The position numbers and the translations under genes are program-made. Source: an uncultured delta proteobacterium (GTDB lineage Bacteria > Myxococcota_A > Polyangia > Polyangiales > B10-G4). Taken from it: DNA of 64,000 nt. The stretch covers positions 1 through 64,000 of the forward strand of contig CAVSGI010000012.1 in assembly GCA_963727445.1 (NCBI GenBank), read 5' to 3'. The notes beneath the pieces are model-generated. The model saw only the letters and a program-made list of their open reading frames with translations. It had not been told where the DNA came from and searched no databases. Position 1 is the stretch's first letter. Each line of letters starts with the position of its first letter. This document shows, piece by piece, positions 11,664 through 22,552 of this stretch.

Positions 11664-12313
11664 ATCAACGCAAGCACAGTCATTTTCCCGCCATCCTTTG
11701 TCTCGCTCTTGTTCTGGTCTTGCCTGCACTAGGCCAGGATTCCGTGCACCTGGCCGTTGCTCAACCTCCCTACCAAGTGAAGCGATTCCACGCGCAGTTC
11801 TGTATGCCGGACACCCAGTACACGAAAGACCTGCGCATCTATGGCTGGGAGGTTGCGGGAATTTCGGACGGTCGCGTGGAGAACGGCAGTGGCGGAATTT
11901 CCCCGCGGACCCAAAAGCTCTTCTGTCCCGTGCTCACGGACAGCAATTTTCCTCAACAGGACGTTTTGAGGGCTGCTGTTCATGGCATTGACGACAGCAA
12001 CGACGCAGAAGTTGAGACGATCGGCTGCGTTGCCAGCGCCTGGGGCTACACTGCAAAGTGCGGGGTTTCTACTTTTTCAAGTGGTAGCACGGGTGGGTCA
12101 GTCTCCGACCCGTCTTTCGTGGGCGTGTTTGCTGTTCCCGTTGACTCCTCCGCGTTTTTGGATACCAACTTCGAGTACGCCCATGGGTATCCGATGATCT
12201 TTGTCCGCCTTCCCACGGAGGGCAACACACGAATGACCGGCTACACGATCTGCGGCGAAGATCAGGAAACCTGCGATGGCGCTCTGTTTCCTTCCGGACC
12301 CCCAGACATTTGA
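11660..12313 (+). CDS. Secreted protein, paralogue 3 of 3
   Basis: ATGA overlap; FCM…KDL, LFCPVLTD, MTGYTIC. Confidence 0.75.
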   Translation: MNQRKHSHFPAILCLALVLVLPALGQDSVHLAVAQPPYQVKRFHAQFCMPDTQYTKDLRIYGWEVAGISDGRVENGSGGISPRTQKLFCPVLTDSNFPQQDVLRAAVHGIDDSNDAEVETIGCVASAWGYTAKCGVSTFSSGSTGGSVSDPSFVGVFAVPVDSSAFLDTNFEYAHGYPMIFVRLPTEGNTRMTGYTICGEDQETCDGALFPSGPPDI

Positions 12314-12338
12314 CCCCTGGGTCCCGAACCGGTTTGCA

Positions 12339-13727
12339 ATGACCTCCAAGCAGCGCCTGATCCTCCTGCTTCTCATCCCTGCGCTTGGCTGTGGAGAGAG
12401 AGTGATCCGCGACTCGGACGCGCTGGACGTTGCGCTCGAGGCAGCCGAATCTGGGGATGTCATACATGTTGGCGAGGGGACATTTTACGGCTCATTCGTC
12501 GTGCCTGCCGGTGTACAGGTGTGGGGGATTGGCGGATCGAGCCGGGTCATCGCGCCGCCTGATGGTGTCGCGTTCACGCTCTCTCCCGCCACAAACGGAG
12601 ACCTCACCGGCTTGTCGAATCTCCTCGTCGAGAGCCCCTCCGGTTGCGCAGGCGTGGCGTCATCCGGCCCGGGGTCCATCTTCCTCAGCGGAGTGGAAGT
12701 ACGGGCGGCGACCGGTGTCGCGATCGCCATCGAGGGAGCGCGTGACCTGAACCTCACGACCGTGCGCGTCCAAGGGCCCATCACCCCTGACGCGGCGGAC
12801 AGCTCGGCGCCTCCATCGCCGCCCTTCCGCTGCGGCAGCGGCGCTCCGGCGACGCACGGGATCGTCCTCGTCGACGTCACGAACAGCACTTTCCACGCAT
12901 TGACCGTCGAGGGCTTCACGCGATTCGGCTTGCTTTCCGTTCGCTCCAACGCGCAGGCGTACGACACGACGGCGCGCAACAACATGGGCGTCGGGATCGA
13001 AATCTGGGGCGGCTCCGCGAGCTTCAGCGGGGACACTTCCATCGAGGGGACGCACCACGGTGGGTCCGCGCTTGAGTCCTATGGCCTTCTCAGCGGCGGC
13101 GGCGCCACGGTCAGCACTGAGGGAGCCTCGGTCAGCGAGAACGAGGGCTATGGTATCTTCCACGAAGAGATCGGGGCGCGTCACGTAGACCTCACCGTCT
13201 CCGACAACGGCGGCGGGATCTGGGGACAGCACATGGGTAGCTTCACGATCCGAGGCACCTCGACCATCGAGCGCAACGCATTTTCCGGCGTGACCCTGAT
13301 CGACTCGATGAACGCGTCCATCAACGACGCCACGATTGCGGACACGGTCTCCGGCGCGACCCTCTCCGGGACGGTGAACGCGGCGGACGGTGTTCAGGTC
13401 TCAGCCTCCCAGTTCGCGCTCTCGAACGTCTCGCTCTCGAACAATGCGCGCGTGGGCGCCGTCTTCGATCTCGGTGGTGCGACCACTGCCGACATCGCGT
13501 TGACGAGCGTCACCGTCGACGCAGACGGGGCGTCCCTCGGCGCGATCGTGCAGGACGGAACCGCCCTGCCCAGTTGGGATGACGACGTCGTGCGGCTCGG
13601 CAGAACCGCCACCAACGATGCGGCTTTCACCGGCACCTTGGAGATCGCTTCAGCCGTTGACGCGCCGTGCCTTCCTCCGCTCGACACCGTCGAGCCGCGG
13701 GGGATCGCGAATCTGATCTCACCCTAG
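12339..13727 (+). CDS. Right-handed parallel beta-helix lipoprotein
   Basis: Lipobox LLLIPALGC; GDVIHVGEGTF start motif; repeated N-x-x-x-G-I rungs. Confidence 0.8.
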   Translation: MTSKQRLILLLLIPALGCGERVIRDSDALDVALEAAESGDVIHVGEGTFYGSFVVPAGVQVWGIGGSSRVIAPPDGVAFTLSPATNGDLTGLSNLLVESPSGCAGVASSGPGSIFLSGVEVRAATGVAIAIEGARDLNLTTVRVQGPITPDAADSSAPPSPPFRCGSGAPATHGIVLVDVTNSTFHALTVEGFTRFGLLSVRSNAQAYDTTARNNMGVGIEIWGGSASFSGDTSIEGTHHGGSALESYGLLSGGGATVSTEGASVSENEGYGIFHEEIGARHVDLTVSDNGGGIWGQHMGSFTIRGTSTIERNAFSGVTLIDSMNASINDATIADTVSGATLSGTVNAADGVQVSASQFALSNVSLSNNARVGAVFDLGGATTADIALTSVTVDADGASLGAIVQDGTALPSWDDDVVRLGRTATNDAAFTGTLEIASAVDAPCLPPLDTVEPRGIANLISP

Positions 13728-13993
13728 GATCGCTAGGCCGGAGGCGACGTTTGTAGTTGAGTCGCATTTCTGAGTCGCGGTTTATGCGGCGATTCGTCCG
13801 GTGGCCCATGCGCTGTCGATGGCCTCATCGACCTTCGTGATCGCGGCGCGAAGAGGAGTCGGGACGGGTGGAGGCGGCTGTTGAATGACGGCGAGGCCGG
13901 CTTGGAGGAGTCGGTGGTGTGCACGCGGGAGGAAGATCGCAGCTCGGATCCCGAGTTCCGTGACTCGATAGCGGTGAGTTCGCGGGATGCGTT

Positions 13994-14772
13994 GTATCCG
14001 TTCGACGGCCCCGTCCAGCAGCCTGGAAGAACTGGATGTTTCTCGGAAGCGACGACGGCGGGCGCGTGAACAGCATCTTCACGTCGCTGCTCGCGAGCGC
14101 GCGCATGGTCGGCGTCGAGCCGTGGTCCTACCTCCGCGACGTGCTGTGCCTGTTGCCCGACTGGCCCGTGCACGACCTCCTCGACCTCGCGCCCGTGAAC
14201 TGGCACGCGACCGTCGCGCGCGACGACGTCCAACGCATCCTCGACCTCAACCCGTACCGCGCGCTCACGCTCGGGGGCTGATCAGGCCGCCGACGAGCAG
14301 CCCGGCGCGGCGCAGGGACGGATGCGCTGAACGCTTACGACGGAATCATCGCCGATCCTCCGCGCCGTCGAGCGCGGTCATCACACGACGAAGCGTCTCC
14401 ACTTCGAAGCCGTCCGGGACGCGCACGACGAGTCGCGTTCCCACGACGAGCTCGATCGACGGCGCGGGCAACGCCGCCGTCACCTCCACGAACTTCGGCT
14501 TCGGGCGCGCGCGCCCCTTGGCTCGGTCACGACGCGGCCGAGCGAGCGATCTACCCGACGCCTCCTTCCCCAGCCGCCACTTCCAGTAGCTCAGTGTCCG
14601 CGCGTTGACCCCATCTCTGCGCTGAACTCCGCGGCCGTCAGCTGGCTGTCCTTCCACCGCTCCACTCGCTTCGCCCATTCCTGTCGTGACGTCTTCATCG
14701 GCGCCTCCTTTCGAGGGCCGATCGATCGCACAGGGCGGCTCAGGCTGCTGGACGGGGCCGTCGAACGGATAC
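13994..14772. mobile_element. IS66-family scar: two inverted left ends, a tnpC 3' fragment with right end, and a frameshifted tnpA
   Basis: Perfect 32-bp IR (13994..14025 / 14741..14772, GTATCCGTTCGACGG…). Right end …GAACGCTTAC at 14338. tnpC tail KNWMFLGSDDGG…EPWSYLRDVL at 14026..14281. tnpA MKTSRQEWAKRVERW…TLSYWKWRL at 14346..14698 (-). Confidence 0.85.
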
Positions 14773-14920
14773 CTCAACAACATGGCTGACAAGACGCCAG
14801 CTAAGATCACGTTGCGGGACTGGGTCGACCCGGTAGAGGGGATAAACGGTCGCGACATCCTTACCTTCGAGAAAAGGGAGGGATCTTGGGGGGTGTTCTT
14901 CTACCAGATCGACGAGGGCT

Positions 14921-15033
14921 CCGGTTTCCAGCCTCCACGGAAGCCAACCCCTTCACCGGACGCCCGAGTTTCCGAGAAGGAGCGATTACGTCGACTGCCA
15001 CCGCTGGCCCCACGGCAGGAGGCCGTTCATCCT
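14921..15033 (+). repeat. 123-bp repeat family, variant B (copy 2); tail cut by IS4
   Basis: Conserved left half, different central hairpin, ends GGAGGCCGTTCATCCT directly before the IS4 end. Confidence 0.9.
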
Positions 15034-16392
15034 CAATGCCGATCAGATAGCCGGCAAGTGATCGGAATAATTGGGCTGGTGGAGGTCGCTATCTGCTGTG
15101 CAGGAAACGGATCAGACTGCGGTTCATCTCGAGGAGGTGACCGTGCTGCAAGGAATCGTCGAGAGGTGCGCCGAGCTGGGGGCGCCGACAGGCCTGGACA
15201 CTTTGCGGCGCGGGTTGCCGGCAACGTGGATCGAAGAGGCGCTTGTAGCCACGGGTACGGCAACGGTACGACGGCGGCGTCTTCCGGCTGAGCAGGTCGT
15301 GTGGCTGGTGCTGGGGATGGCGCTGTTCAAGGACCGCTCGATCACGGAGCTGGTGAACAAGCTGGACCTAGCGCTCGCTGGGCGGAAGGTCACGGTGGCG
15401 CCGAGTGCAGTCACTCAGGCGCGCGCTCGTGTGGGAAGCGAGCCACTGCGCTGGCTATTCGACAAGTGCGGCACGCGTTGGGCGGACGAAAGCGCGAACA
15501 GTGATCGCTGGCATGGCCTGGCCTTGTACGGGGTCGACGGGACGTGTCTACGAGTTCCAGATTCGCAGGCCAATCGCGCGCACTTCGGTCTGCCGCCAGG
15601 CCCACGCGCGGTACTTGGCGGGGGATATCCCGTGGTGCGCGCGGTCGCGCTGACAGCACTCCGTTCACACATGATTCGGAGCGTGCGATTCGGCCCCTTC
15701 ACCGCGGGTGAGCACACCTATGCGCGTGAGCTTTGGGGCGACATCCCCGACGATTCCCTGACCATTCTCGATCGCGGATTCCAGGCGTCCAACGTCTTGT
15801 TCCCGCTGCACGCCGCAGGCCGCAACCGCCACTGGCTGGTGCGAGCGCGCTCTGACACCAACGGCAAGGTCATCAAGCGCTTCGGTCCCAACGACACGTT
15901 GGTGCAGTTCACGATCACCGCACCGACACGGCGCAAGGATCCTTCGTTGCCGATGCATTGGCAGGTGAGATGTGTTCGCTACAAGCATCGCGGAGGCAAA
16001 CCACAGATGCTGCTCACGTCGCTTCTGAACCCCGTCGAGCATCCGGCAAGAGAGCTCGTCGCGCTCTATCACGAGCGTTGGGAAATCGAGATGAGCTTCG
16101 ACGAGCTCAAGGCCGACATGCTCGAACGTCACGTCCCCATCCGCAGCCAGACGCCAGAAGGCGTACGACAAGAGCTGTGGGGCATTCTTCTCGCCTACAA
16201 TCTCGTGCGGCGTGAGATGGAGCGGGTCGCTGAGGATGCTGGCGTCAGCCCGCTGCGCATCAGCTTCATCGCCTCCTATCGCTACATCCGAGACGAGTTT
16301 CTCTGGTGCGCAATCGCAGCTCCGGGCGCCATCCCGAAGCACCTTCGACGGCTGCGCGAGCACCTTGCTCTGTATGTGCTTCCGCCCCGTCG
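15034..16392 (+). mobile_element. IS4-family element, right end lost
   Basis: Begins CAATGCCGATCAG, like the IS4 terminal repeat TAATGCCGATCAG; the transposase breaks after LPPRR. Confidence 0.8.
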
Positions 16393-16414
16393 TGTTAACG
16401 AGCGACGTATCTGA
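15071..16414 (+). CDS. IS4-family transposase, C-terminally truncated
   Basis: [33 protein letters not shown] (YREK motif). Confidence 0.9.
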   Translation: MGWWRSLSAVQETDQTAVHLEEVTVLQGIVERCAELGAPTGLDTLRRGLPATWIEEALVATGTATVRRRRLPAEQVVWLVLGMALFKDRSITELVNKLDLALAGRKVTVAPSAVTQARARVGSEPLRWLFDKCGTRWADESANSDRWHGLALYGVDGTCLRVPDSQANRAHFGLPPGPRAVLGGGYPVVRAVALTALRSHMIRSVRFGPFTAGEHTYARELWGDIPDDSLTILDRGFQASNVLFPLHAAGRNRHWLVRARSDTNGKVIKRFGPNDTLVQFTITAPTRRKDPSLPMHWQVRCVRYKHRGGKPQMLLTSLLNPVEHPARELVALYHERWEIEMSFDELKADMLERHVPIRSQTPEGVRQELWGILLAYNLVRREMERVAEDAGVSPLRISFIASYRYIRDEFLWCAIAAPGAIPKHLRRLREHLALYVLPPRRVNERRI

Positions 16415-16677
16415 GGTCGCTGCCCTCGATTTCGCGCACGAAGCGTGAGGGGAACGGGTTCGGCGAGGGGCCGATGGTCATCGCCGATTTCTTCGGTCGG
16501 CGGGGTCGTCCGGGCTCTGATGCGCGCCGGAGGCGGAGCATCGGTGCGGAGCCGGTCGCGTTAAATAGATGACGGGGGTGGGTTTGGCCGCCACTCCCCC
16601 GTCGTGCTCCGACGCAGCTGAATACGAAGCGGAGCACTACACGAGTCGTCTACTTCGACGTCGACGTCAAGTCTTGG

Positions 16678-17220
16678 ATGAGCGCGCCGCCGTCGGTATC
16701 GGCGGTCCGGCCGGCGCGCTGTCCGTGCTGCGGTGCGCCCGGCGCGGCCGCCGGGAGGCCGAAAGCGCTGGTCGGGCATGGGCTCAGGAGCCGGATCCTG
16801 CTCGGTCCGGCCAGCCCCGATGACCGTCCCGAGGTCGCGGCGCTCGAGGCCCGACGCTACCGATGCCGGCGGTGCGGGGCGATCGTCGTCAGCTTGCCGC
16901 GCGGCGTGCTGCGCCGACTTCGCTACACCGCCGTGGCCATCGCCCTCGCGCTCGCGATGTGGGTCGACGGGACGTCGAGCGCCGCAGTCCGCACCCGCGT
17001 CAGCCCCTTCGCCATCGTCGGCGACGACGCCATCCGCGGCTGGCGCTCGCTTCGCCGATGGGCACGTGCAGCCCGTCGGCTCTGGCCGCCAATCCGTCCT
17101 GCGCCCCACGCCTCGCCGCGACTGCTCGCGGCCGACGTCGTCCGCCAGCTCGCCGCGCTCGCGCCGCTGACGACCGGCGCCCTCGTCCGCGACGCGTGCG
17201 CCGGAGCGCTTCGATGCTGA
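16678..17220 (+). CDS. Zinc-finger accessory protein of the element
   Basis: CPCC and YRCRRCG motifs plus an HTH-like C-terminus, upstream of the transposase. Confidence 0.7.
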   Translation: MSAPPSVSAVRPARCPCCGAPGAAAGRPKALVGHGLRSRILLGPASPDDRPEVAALEARRYRCRRCGAIVVSLPRGVLRRLRYTAVAIALALAMWVDGTSSAAVRTRVSPFAIVGDDAIRGWRSLRRWARAARRLWPPIRPAPHASPRLLAADVVRQLAALAPLTTGALVRDACAGALRC

Positions 17221-17327
17221 GGGACATCGGGTGCGATCTCGCACGGATGCAGGGCCCACCACTCAGGGTCGTCGCGGTCGCCACGACCGCCGGTGCCTCC
17301 TCGGCCCTCGACCGAAAGGAGACACCA

Positions 17328-18656
17328 ATGACCGACAAGCTCAGTGCCAAAGACCACGCCGAGGCCGTCGCGCTCTTCCGCGCGCAGGTGATCGGGTCGC
17401 TCGTGTGCCGCGACGACCTGACGCACGGCGAGCTCGCCGAGGCGCTGCGCGAGCTCAGCGCGCAGCCCTTCCGTCCGCCCGGCGCCGACGTGAGCCGCAC
17501 GTACGCCATCTCGACGCTCGAGCGCTGGCTCTACCGATACCGAAAAGGGGGGCTCGGTGCGCTCGTCCCTCAGCGCCGCAGCGATCGCGGCCACGCGCAG
17601 GCGCTCGACGACGCGCAGAAGAAGCTGCTCGTCGCCATCCGCAAGGCGCACCCGCGCGTGAGCGCCGCGCTGATCTTGAGGACGCTCGTCTCGGACGGCC
17701 GTCTCGAGGCGGGAGTCGTCACCGAATCGACGCTCCGGCGTTTCTACGCCGAGCGCGGTCTCGACCGCCAGACGCTGAAGCACGCGGAGCACGGGCCGCG
17801 CCGCCGCTGGCAGTCGCCCCGGCCGAACGCGGTCTGGCACGCCGATGTCGTGCACGGCCCGGCGCTCCGCATCGCGGGCAAGAGCGTGCCGCTGCGCATC
17901 CACGGCATCCTCGATGACCACAGCCGCTACGTCGTGGCGATCGAGGCGTGCGCGACAGAGCGCGAGAGCGAGATGCTCCGGCTGATCGTCAAGGCGATGC
18001 GCCTGCACGGTCCGCCGGACGTGCTCTACCTCGATAACGGCGCGACGTACGTCGGCGACACGCTCAAGACGGCGTGCTTTCGCCTCGGTGTCGCGCTCGT
18101 GCACGCGCGTCCACGCGACCCGCAGGCGCGGGGCAAGATGGAGCGCCTGTGGCGGACGCTTCGCGAGCAGTGTCTGTCGCACCTGCACGAGCCCGCGTCG
18201 CTTCACGACGTGCAGCTGCGCCTGCTCGCCTGGCGCGACAAGCACTACCTCGTCACCCCGCACGGCTCGCTGATGGGCAAGACGCCCGCCGAGGTCTACG
18301 AGGCCTACGAGCCCGAGCACGTGACCGAGCCGATGCTGCGCGAAGCCCTCATCGTCCGCGGACGTCGCCGCGTCCGTCGCGACTGCACCGTCTCGGTCGC
18401 CGGCCGCGACTTCGAGGTCGCCCAGGGCTACCTCGCGGGGCGCCTCGTCACGATCGGCCGGTGCCTGCTCGACCCGACCGAGCCGCCGTGGGTCGAGCAC
18501 GAGGAGCAGCGCCTCGTGCTCAGCCCCGTCGACCCGACGAGCAACGCCCGACGTCGACGGACGGCCGAGCGACGACGCCGCGGCCTCGACGCCGTCGACT
18601 TCGACCCGCCGGGCGCGCTCCTCGCCGAGCTCACGAAGAAGGGCGGTCGCTCGTGA
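17328..18656 (+). CDS. DDE (rve) transposase, IS481/Mu-like
   Basis: RBS AAAGGAG; WHADVVHG, ILDDHSR, LYLDNG, GKMERLW. Confidence 0.9.
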   Translation: MTDKLSAKDHAEAVALFRAQVIGSLVCRDDLTHGELAEALRELSAQPFRPPGADVSRTYAISTLERWLYRYRKGGLGALVPQRRSDRGHAQALDDAQKKLLVAIRKAHPRVSAALILRTLVSDGRLEAGVVTESTLRRFYAERGLDRQTLKHAEHGPRRRWQSPRPNAVWHADVVHGPALRIAGKSVPLRIHGILDDHSRYVVAIEACATERESEMLRLIVKAMRLHGPPDVLYLDNGATYVGDTLKTACFRLGVALVHARPRDPQARGKMERLWRTLREQCLSHLHEPASLHDVQLRLLAWRDKHYLVTPHGSLMGKTPAEVYEAYEPEHVTEPMLREALIVRGRRRVRRDCTVSVAGRDFEVAQGYLAGRLVTIGRCLLDPTEPPWVEHEEQRLVLSPVDPTSNARRRRTAERRRRGLDAVDFDPPGALLAELTKKGGRS

Positions 18657-19468
18657 GCGCCCCGCGATGGCTCGGCGCCTTCGGTCTTTCGCGTGCGCCC
18701 TTCAGCAAGGAGCTCGGTGACGCCGAGCTGTGGGTCCCCGCCTCGCGCAAGCGCATCGTCGACCGCGTCGTCGAGGCGTGCCACGAGCGCGGACACGTCC
18801 TGCTCACCGGCGAGCCCGGCGTCGGCAAGACCTGCGTCCTACGCGCCGTGCGCCGCCGCCTCCCCAGCGACGGCTTTCGCCTCACCTACTGTCACAACGC
18901 CACCCTCGGGCGCCGCGATTTCTACCGTCAGCTCTGCCTCGCGCTCGGCCTGAGCCCGAGCGCCACCGCCGCCGCCGTCTTCTACGCCATCAACACGCAC
19001 GTCACCGAGCTCGGCACCGAGCGCATCCACCCCGTCTTCCTCCTCGACGAGGCGCACCTGCTTCACCAGGACGTCCTCGACCACCTCCACATCCTCACCA
19101 ACTACGAGTGGGACTCCGCCGCGCTCCTCTCGCTCGTCCTCGTGGGCCTGCCCGACCTCGACGACCGCCTCGCCCTGCGCAAGAACCGCTCGCTGCAGAG
19201 CCGCGTCCACACGCGCCTCCACCTCGGCGAAGCGCTCCCCGACGACACCGCCGAGTACGTCGGTCATCGCATGAAGCTCGCCGGCTGCTCCCGCGACGTC
19301 TTCACCACCGACGCCATCGCCCTGCTCCACGAGGTCTGCGCCGGGCGCCTGCGCGACATCGACCGCCTTGCGACCGACGCCCTCAAGCGCGCCGCCCGCC
19401 GCAAGGCCCGCAAGGTCGACCACCAAATCGTCGAGCTCGTCTTCAAGGGCGACGACATCGACGACTGA
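18653..19468 (+). CDS. ExeA-like AAA ATPase (transposition helper)
   Basis: GTGA overlap; GEPGVGKT, LLDEAH, LVLVGLP. Confidence 0.9.
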   Translation: MSAPRWLGAFGLSRAPFSKELGDAELWVPASRKRIVDRVVEACHERGHVLLTGEPGVGKTCVLRAVRRRLPSDGFRLTYCHNATLGRRDFYRQLCLALGLSPSATAAAVFYAINTHVTELGTERIHPVFLLDEAHLLHQDVLDHLHILTNYEWDSAALLSLVLVGLPDLDDRLALRKNRSLQSRVHTRLHLGEALPDDTAEYVGHRMKLAGCSRDVFTTDAIALLHEVCAGRLRDIDRLATDALKRAARRKARKVDHQIVELVFKGDDIDD

Positions 19469-19584
19469 CAGCGCCGCGCCACGCACCATGATGGCCTTCG
19501 CGTCTCGGCAGCGCATCGCCGGACGCGAGGGCCATCGCCTGCGTCAGCTGCTCGTCATGCCGCGAGGGGCATCAAGCAGGCTGC

Positions 19585-19923
19585 GTGAAAATCCCTCGGA
19601 TAGCGTGCGCGGTAACACTGATGGTGCGCGCACATTCCGGAACGCTTGGGACTGGAACCAGCATCACCGTGGTCGCCTATCCCGACGGGCACACGATGGA
19701 GGATCCGGCAAGCGAGTTCCAAGGCGGGACGAGCTTGGGATCCTGTGAGTTCAACGATCAAACTACGACCAACGGCACGCTCGACGGTGTCTACCTCACG
19801 GATGAGCTGACTGCGGGCTCGATGGGGCAGATGATCAACGTCGTCCTCAGAGCCACGCAGGCGAGTCCCGCTGTATCCAGCCTGGACGCCCGGATCAGCG
19901 TCGACCTTTCGCTCAAGTGGTGA
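19585..19923 (+). pseudogene. 5'-truncated paralogue of the next gene
   Basis: Shares (V/I)RxHS, DGxTxEDP and SxDLxLK with 19963..20388. Confidence 0.6.
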
Positions 19924-19962
19924 CACCGGTCCACTGACCCGAGTCCATCGAAGGAGAATCCC

Positions 19963-20388
19963 ATGTCAGGACAAACGATTCGTTTGGTCGAGTTGACCAA
20001 GTATGATTTCTCGAACGTGGCCGCCGGCAGCGAAGACGGCTTCTACATCGCGCAGCATGTGGACGTGTCGCAGTGGAAGGCGGCCACGTTGATGATCCGC
20101 CTCCACTCCGCCTCGGTCGGGCAGTCCGGGGCGAACTTCAAGATCAAGGCATTCGCCGACGGATACACGACCGAAGATCCAGCCCTCGCCTTCACCAGCG
20201 CCCCGCAGCTCGCGAGCGTCACGATCTCCCAGACGAACGCGAGCAACGCTCCCTACTACGTCACCTCCGAGCTGACGGGCGGTGACATGGCAGCGCTGAT
20301 CACCGTTCTCATCTCAGGTGAACAGGACACGAACCAGGACGACCTCTATGGCTATTTTTCCATCGACCTCGCCTTGAAGGACGAGTGA
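19963..20388 (+). CDS. Hypothetical beta-rich protein
   Basis: RBS AAGGAG, 141 aa, GC3-rich codons. Confidence 0.8.
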   Translation: MSGQTIRLVELTKYDFSNVAAGSEDGFYIAQHVDVSQWKAATLMIRLHSASVGQSGANFKIKAFADGYTTEDPALAFTSAPQLASVTISQTNASNAPYYVTSELTGGDMAALITVLISGEQDTNQDDLYGYFSIDLALKDE

Positions 20389-21101
20389 TGCTGAAGCGCT
20401 ATCCAATCGTACGGCCGCCTGTTGCACCGAACGCTGCGACGCGCGTGCTTGCTACGCCCGCAAAGCGGCTCCAAGCACATCCTGCGGCCGCGTCGACTGC
20501 TCAGGCAGCTCTGAGATCAGGCTTGAGCGCCACCAACAAGTATCCAGTCGTTCCAAGCCCTAAGAACTCCTTCCCAGTCGCTACCCCGCCTCTCAGTGGG
20601 TGCGGGTGCGGAGGCGGGTCTGGCGGAGCCAGAGTTCCATATGATCTACCATTTCCCGTCGACTATCCCCTCAACCTATGGGGGTTGCGAGTCTGGCTTC
20701 GAAAATACTGCAAGAACTGGATTCCAGTTCAGAAGGTTCTGGACACAACAACGGCGGATTGCATCAACCAGGCCCTCGCTGCCGCCTACGACTACTGCTA
20801 CGATCCGACAATTCCGGATATTGAATGGGATACGATGTGGGGGGGACGTCTCGGTTGCTTCTTCAATTGGTTCCTCATCAACCTCGAGATCTACTGCGAG
20901 GATCCCAACATCTTCGAGAGATTCTCGGATGATCGCACTGTGCTCGGGATCCTGAGCGACTACATCTTTCGTCGTGGGATGGGCCTAGGAGGGTTCATGG
21001 CGGGTGATCACTACACGGAGTGGAGGTGTGGCGGTTCCCTCCTGAACGCTCCGATCTACCGATCAAGCGGCGAGCGCATACCTCTCCCGGATCTCCCATA
21101 G
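20385..21101 (+). CDS. Hypothetical protein
   Basis: GTGA overlap; CGCGGG linker followed by a Cys/Trp-rich domain. Confidence 0.6.
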   Translation: MMLKRYPIVRPPVAPNAATRVLATPAKRLQAHPAAASTAQAALRSGLSATNKYPVVPSPKNSFPVATPPLSGCGCGGGSGGARVPYDLPFPVDYPLNLWGLRVWLRKYCKNWIPVQKVLDTTTADCINQALAAAYDYCYDPTIPDIEWDTMWGGRLGCFFNWFLINLEIYCEDPNIFERFSDDRTVLGILSDYIFRRGMGLGGFMAGDHYTEWRCGGSLLNAPIYRSSGERIPLPDLP

Positions 21102-21109
21102 GGATCGGG

Positions 21110-22319
21110 GTGCGCTTTTCCCAGAGGAACCAACCACTCGTCCCTTGGCTTGCTCTTGGGCTGATGCTGGCCTGTGGTTCAGGGTCGACTGCCCATGCAC
21201 CACCGGCTGAGCGCCCGACGACGCTGGAGGAGACTGCGAGTCGTGTCGCTACGTGCCCGAAGACGGTGCGGATGGATTGGGCGAGCGACGGGATGGCTCT
21301 CACGTCGAGACCCAGAGTTGCGGTGCTTCCCGGGCGCAATCTCCCCCTCCCGGGTCAGGAGCTGTCTGCTCTTCTACACGAGGTACGGCAGAAGATTGCG
21401 GCCGACCTTGGGTTCCCCATCGTGAGGGATGGAGGACCAAGCGAATCCATCGCGTCTTGTGCCTGGCCCCAGAGTCCCGAGGAGAGGCTGCTCTCAGAAC
21501 ATGGTTCGACCCTAATTATTGCCCGCACATACGCCACTCTGGACTTGGAGCAACCCGCCAATCTGTACCTCGCCGTGCGGTGGGAATACCCAGGCGGGGA
21601 TTTGGCGGGCGGTCTCGAATCCCCTGGCAGCCGCGGTCACGGACGCACGTTCCTACTCCGATTGGATCACGGCCGTGGCGAACTTGGCGCCGCTGCCGAC
21701 CATGAACACAATCGGCCTTCCACCACCGAAGGTGTGGAGCGTCGCGACGCCCATCGAGTACTCCTCAGGGTTGAGCTACTCCTCCGGTGGCGCCGCGTAC
21801 CTGCACGAGGATTCTGAGCTAACCCATGCGTTGGAGGGCTGCCGAGATGCTGGAATCGCTGAGTGGGTCGAGATCGTAGTTCGGAACGGCTCGGTCGTTC
21901 GATTGACGACCTCTCCACACGACGAGCAAACCGAATTCTGCGTGCGGCAGCGTGCTGGTGGCCGTCTTCCGGCGGAAATGCAGGTTCTGCTCTATCACTA
22001 TGGCCCATCCACGGCAGTCTCCTACGTGCGGCCTCTTGAGAGTCTGCCCGCGCTGGCTTCAGCGGTGGCTCATCGACAGGTACGAGAAGAGCTGTCGCGA
22101 TGTTTCGAACGCCACCCGGAGCTTCGCGGCTATCTGTTCCGCATTCGCCTCGCAATCGATTCCCAGGGGCACGCGCACGGCCCCACAGGTCTCAATCAGA
22201 CACCGTTCTCCCAGTGCGTGATAGGCGTTCTGACGGACGCGCCATACCCATGCAGGGAGGACTCGCGCACTTGGGACGTCACCATCCAACTCTGTGGCGA
22301 GCCCCTCTCAGGACCATAG
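21110..22319 (+). pseudogene. Frameshifted lipoprotein
   Basis: Lipobox GLMLAC in ORF 21020..21817 continues in the frame of 21519..22319. Confidence 0.5.
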
Positions 22320-22429
22320 CGTGCGGACACCTCCGCGGCAGGTAGCCCGTCGGCCGCGTGGCTTGAGGCCGCGTGGCTTGAGAGGAAGTTCTTGTCGAGA
22401 ACGTGCGCCCTAGAACTCGCCGAGCAGCT

Positions 22430-22552
22430 CCGGTTTCCAGCCTCCACGGAAGCCAACCCCTTCACCGGACGCCCGAGTTTCCGAGAAGGTATGATCTGTC
22501 GACTCCCTGCCCGGCCGGAGGGGAGCGGAGGCCGTTCATGGTTACTACCCGC
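22430..22552 (+). repeat. 123-bp repeat family, variant A (copy 3)
   Basis: Full CCGG…CTACCCGC copy. Confidence 0.95.

Larger units (their letters stand above)
16393..19557 (+). mobile_element. Three-gene IS481/Mu-like DDE element with ExeA-type ATPase; ends approximate
   Basis: Starts TGTTAACGAGC where IS4 is cut; the gene beyond ~19560 is 5'-truncated. Confidence 0.65.
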
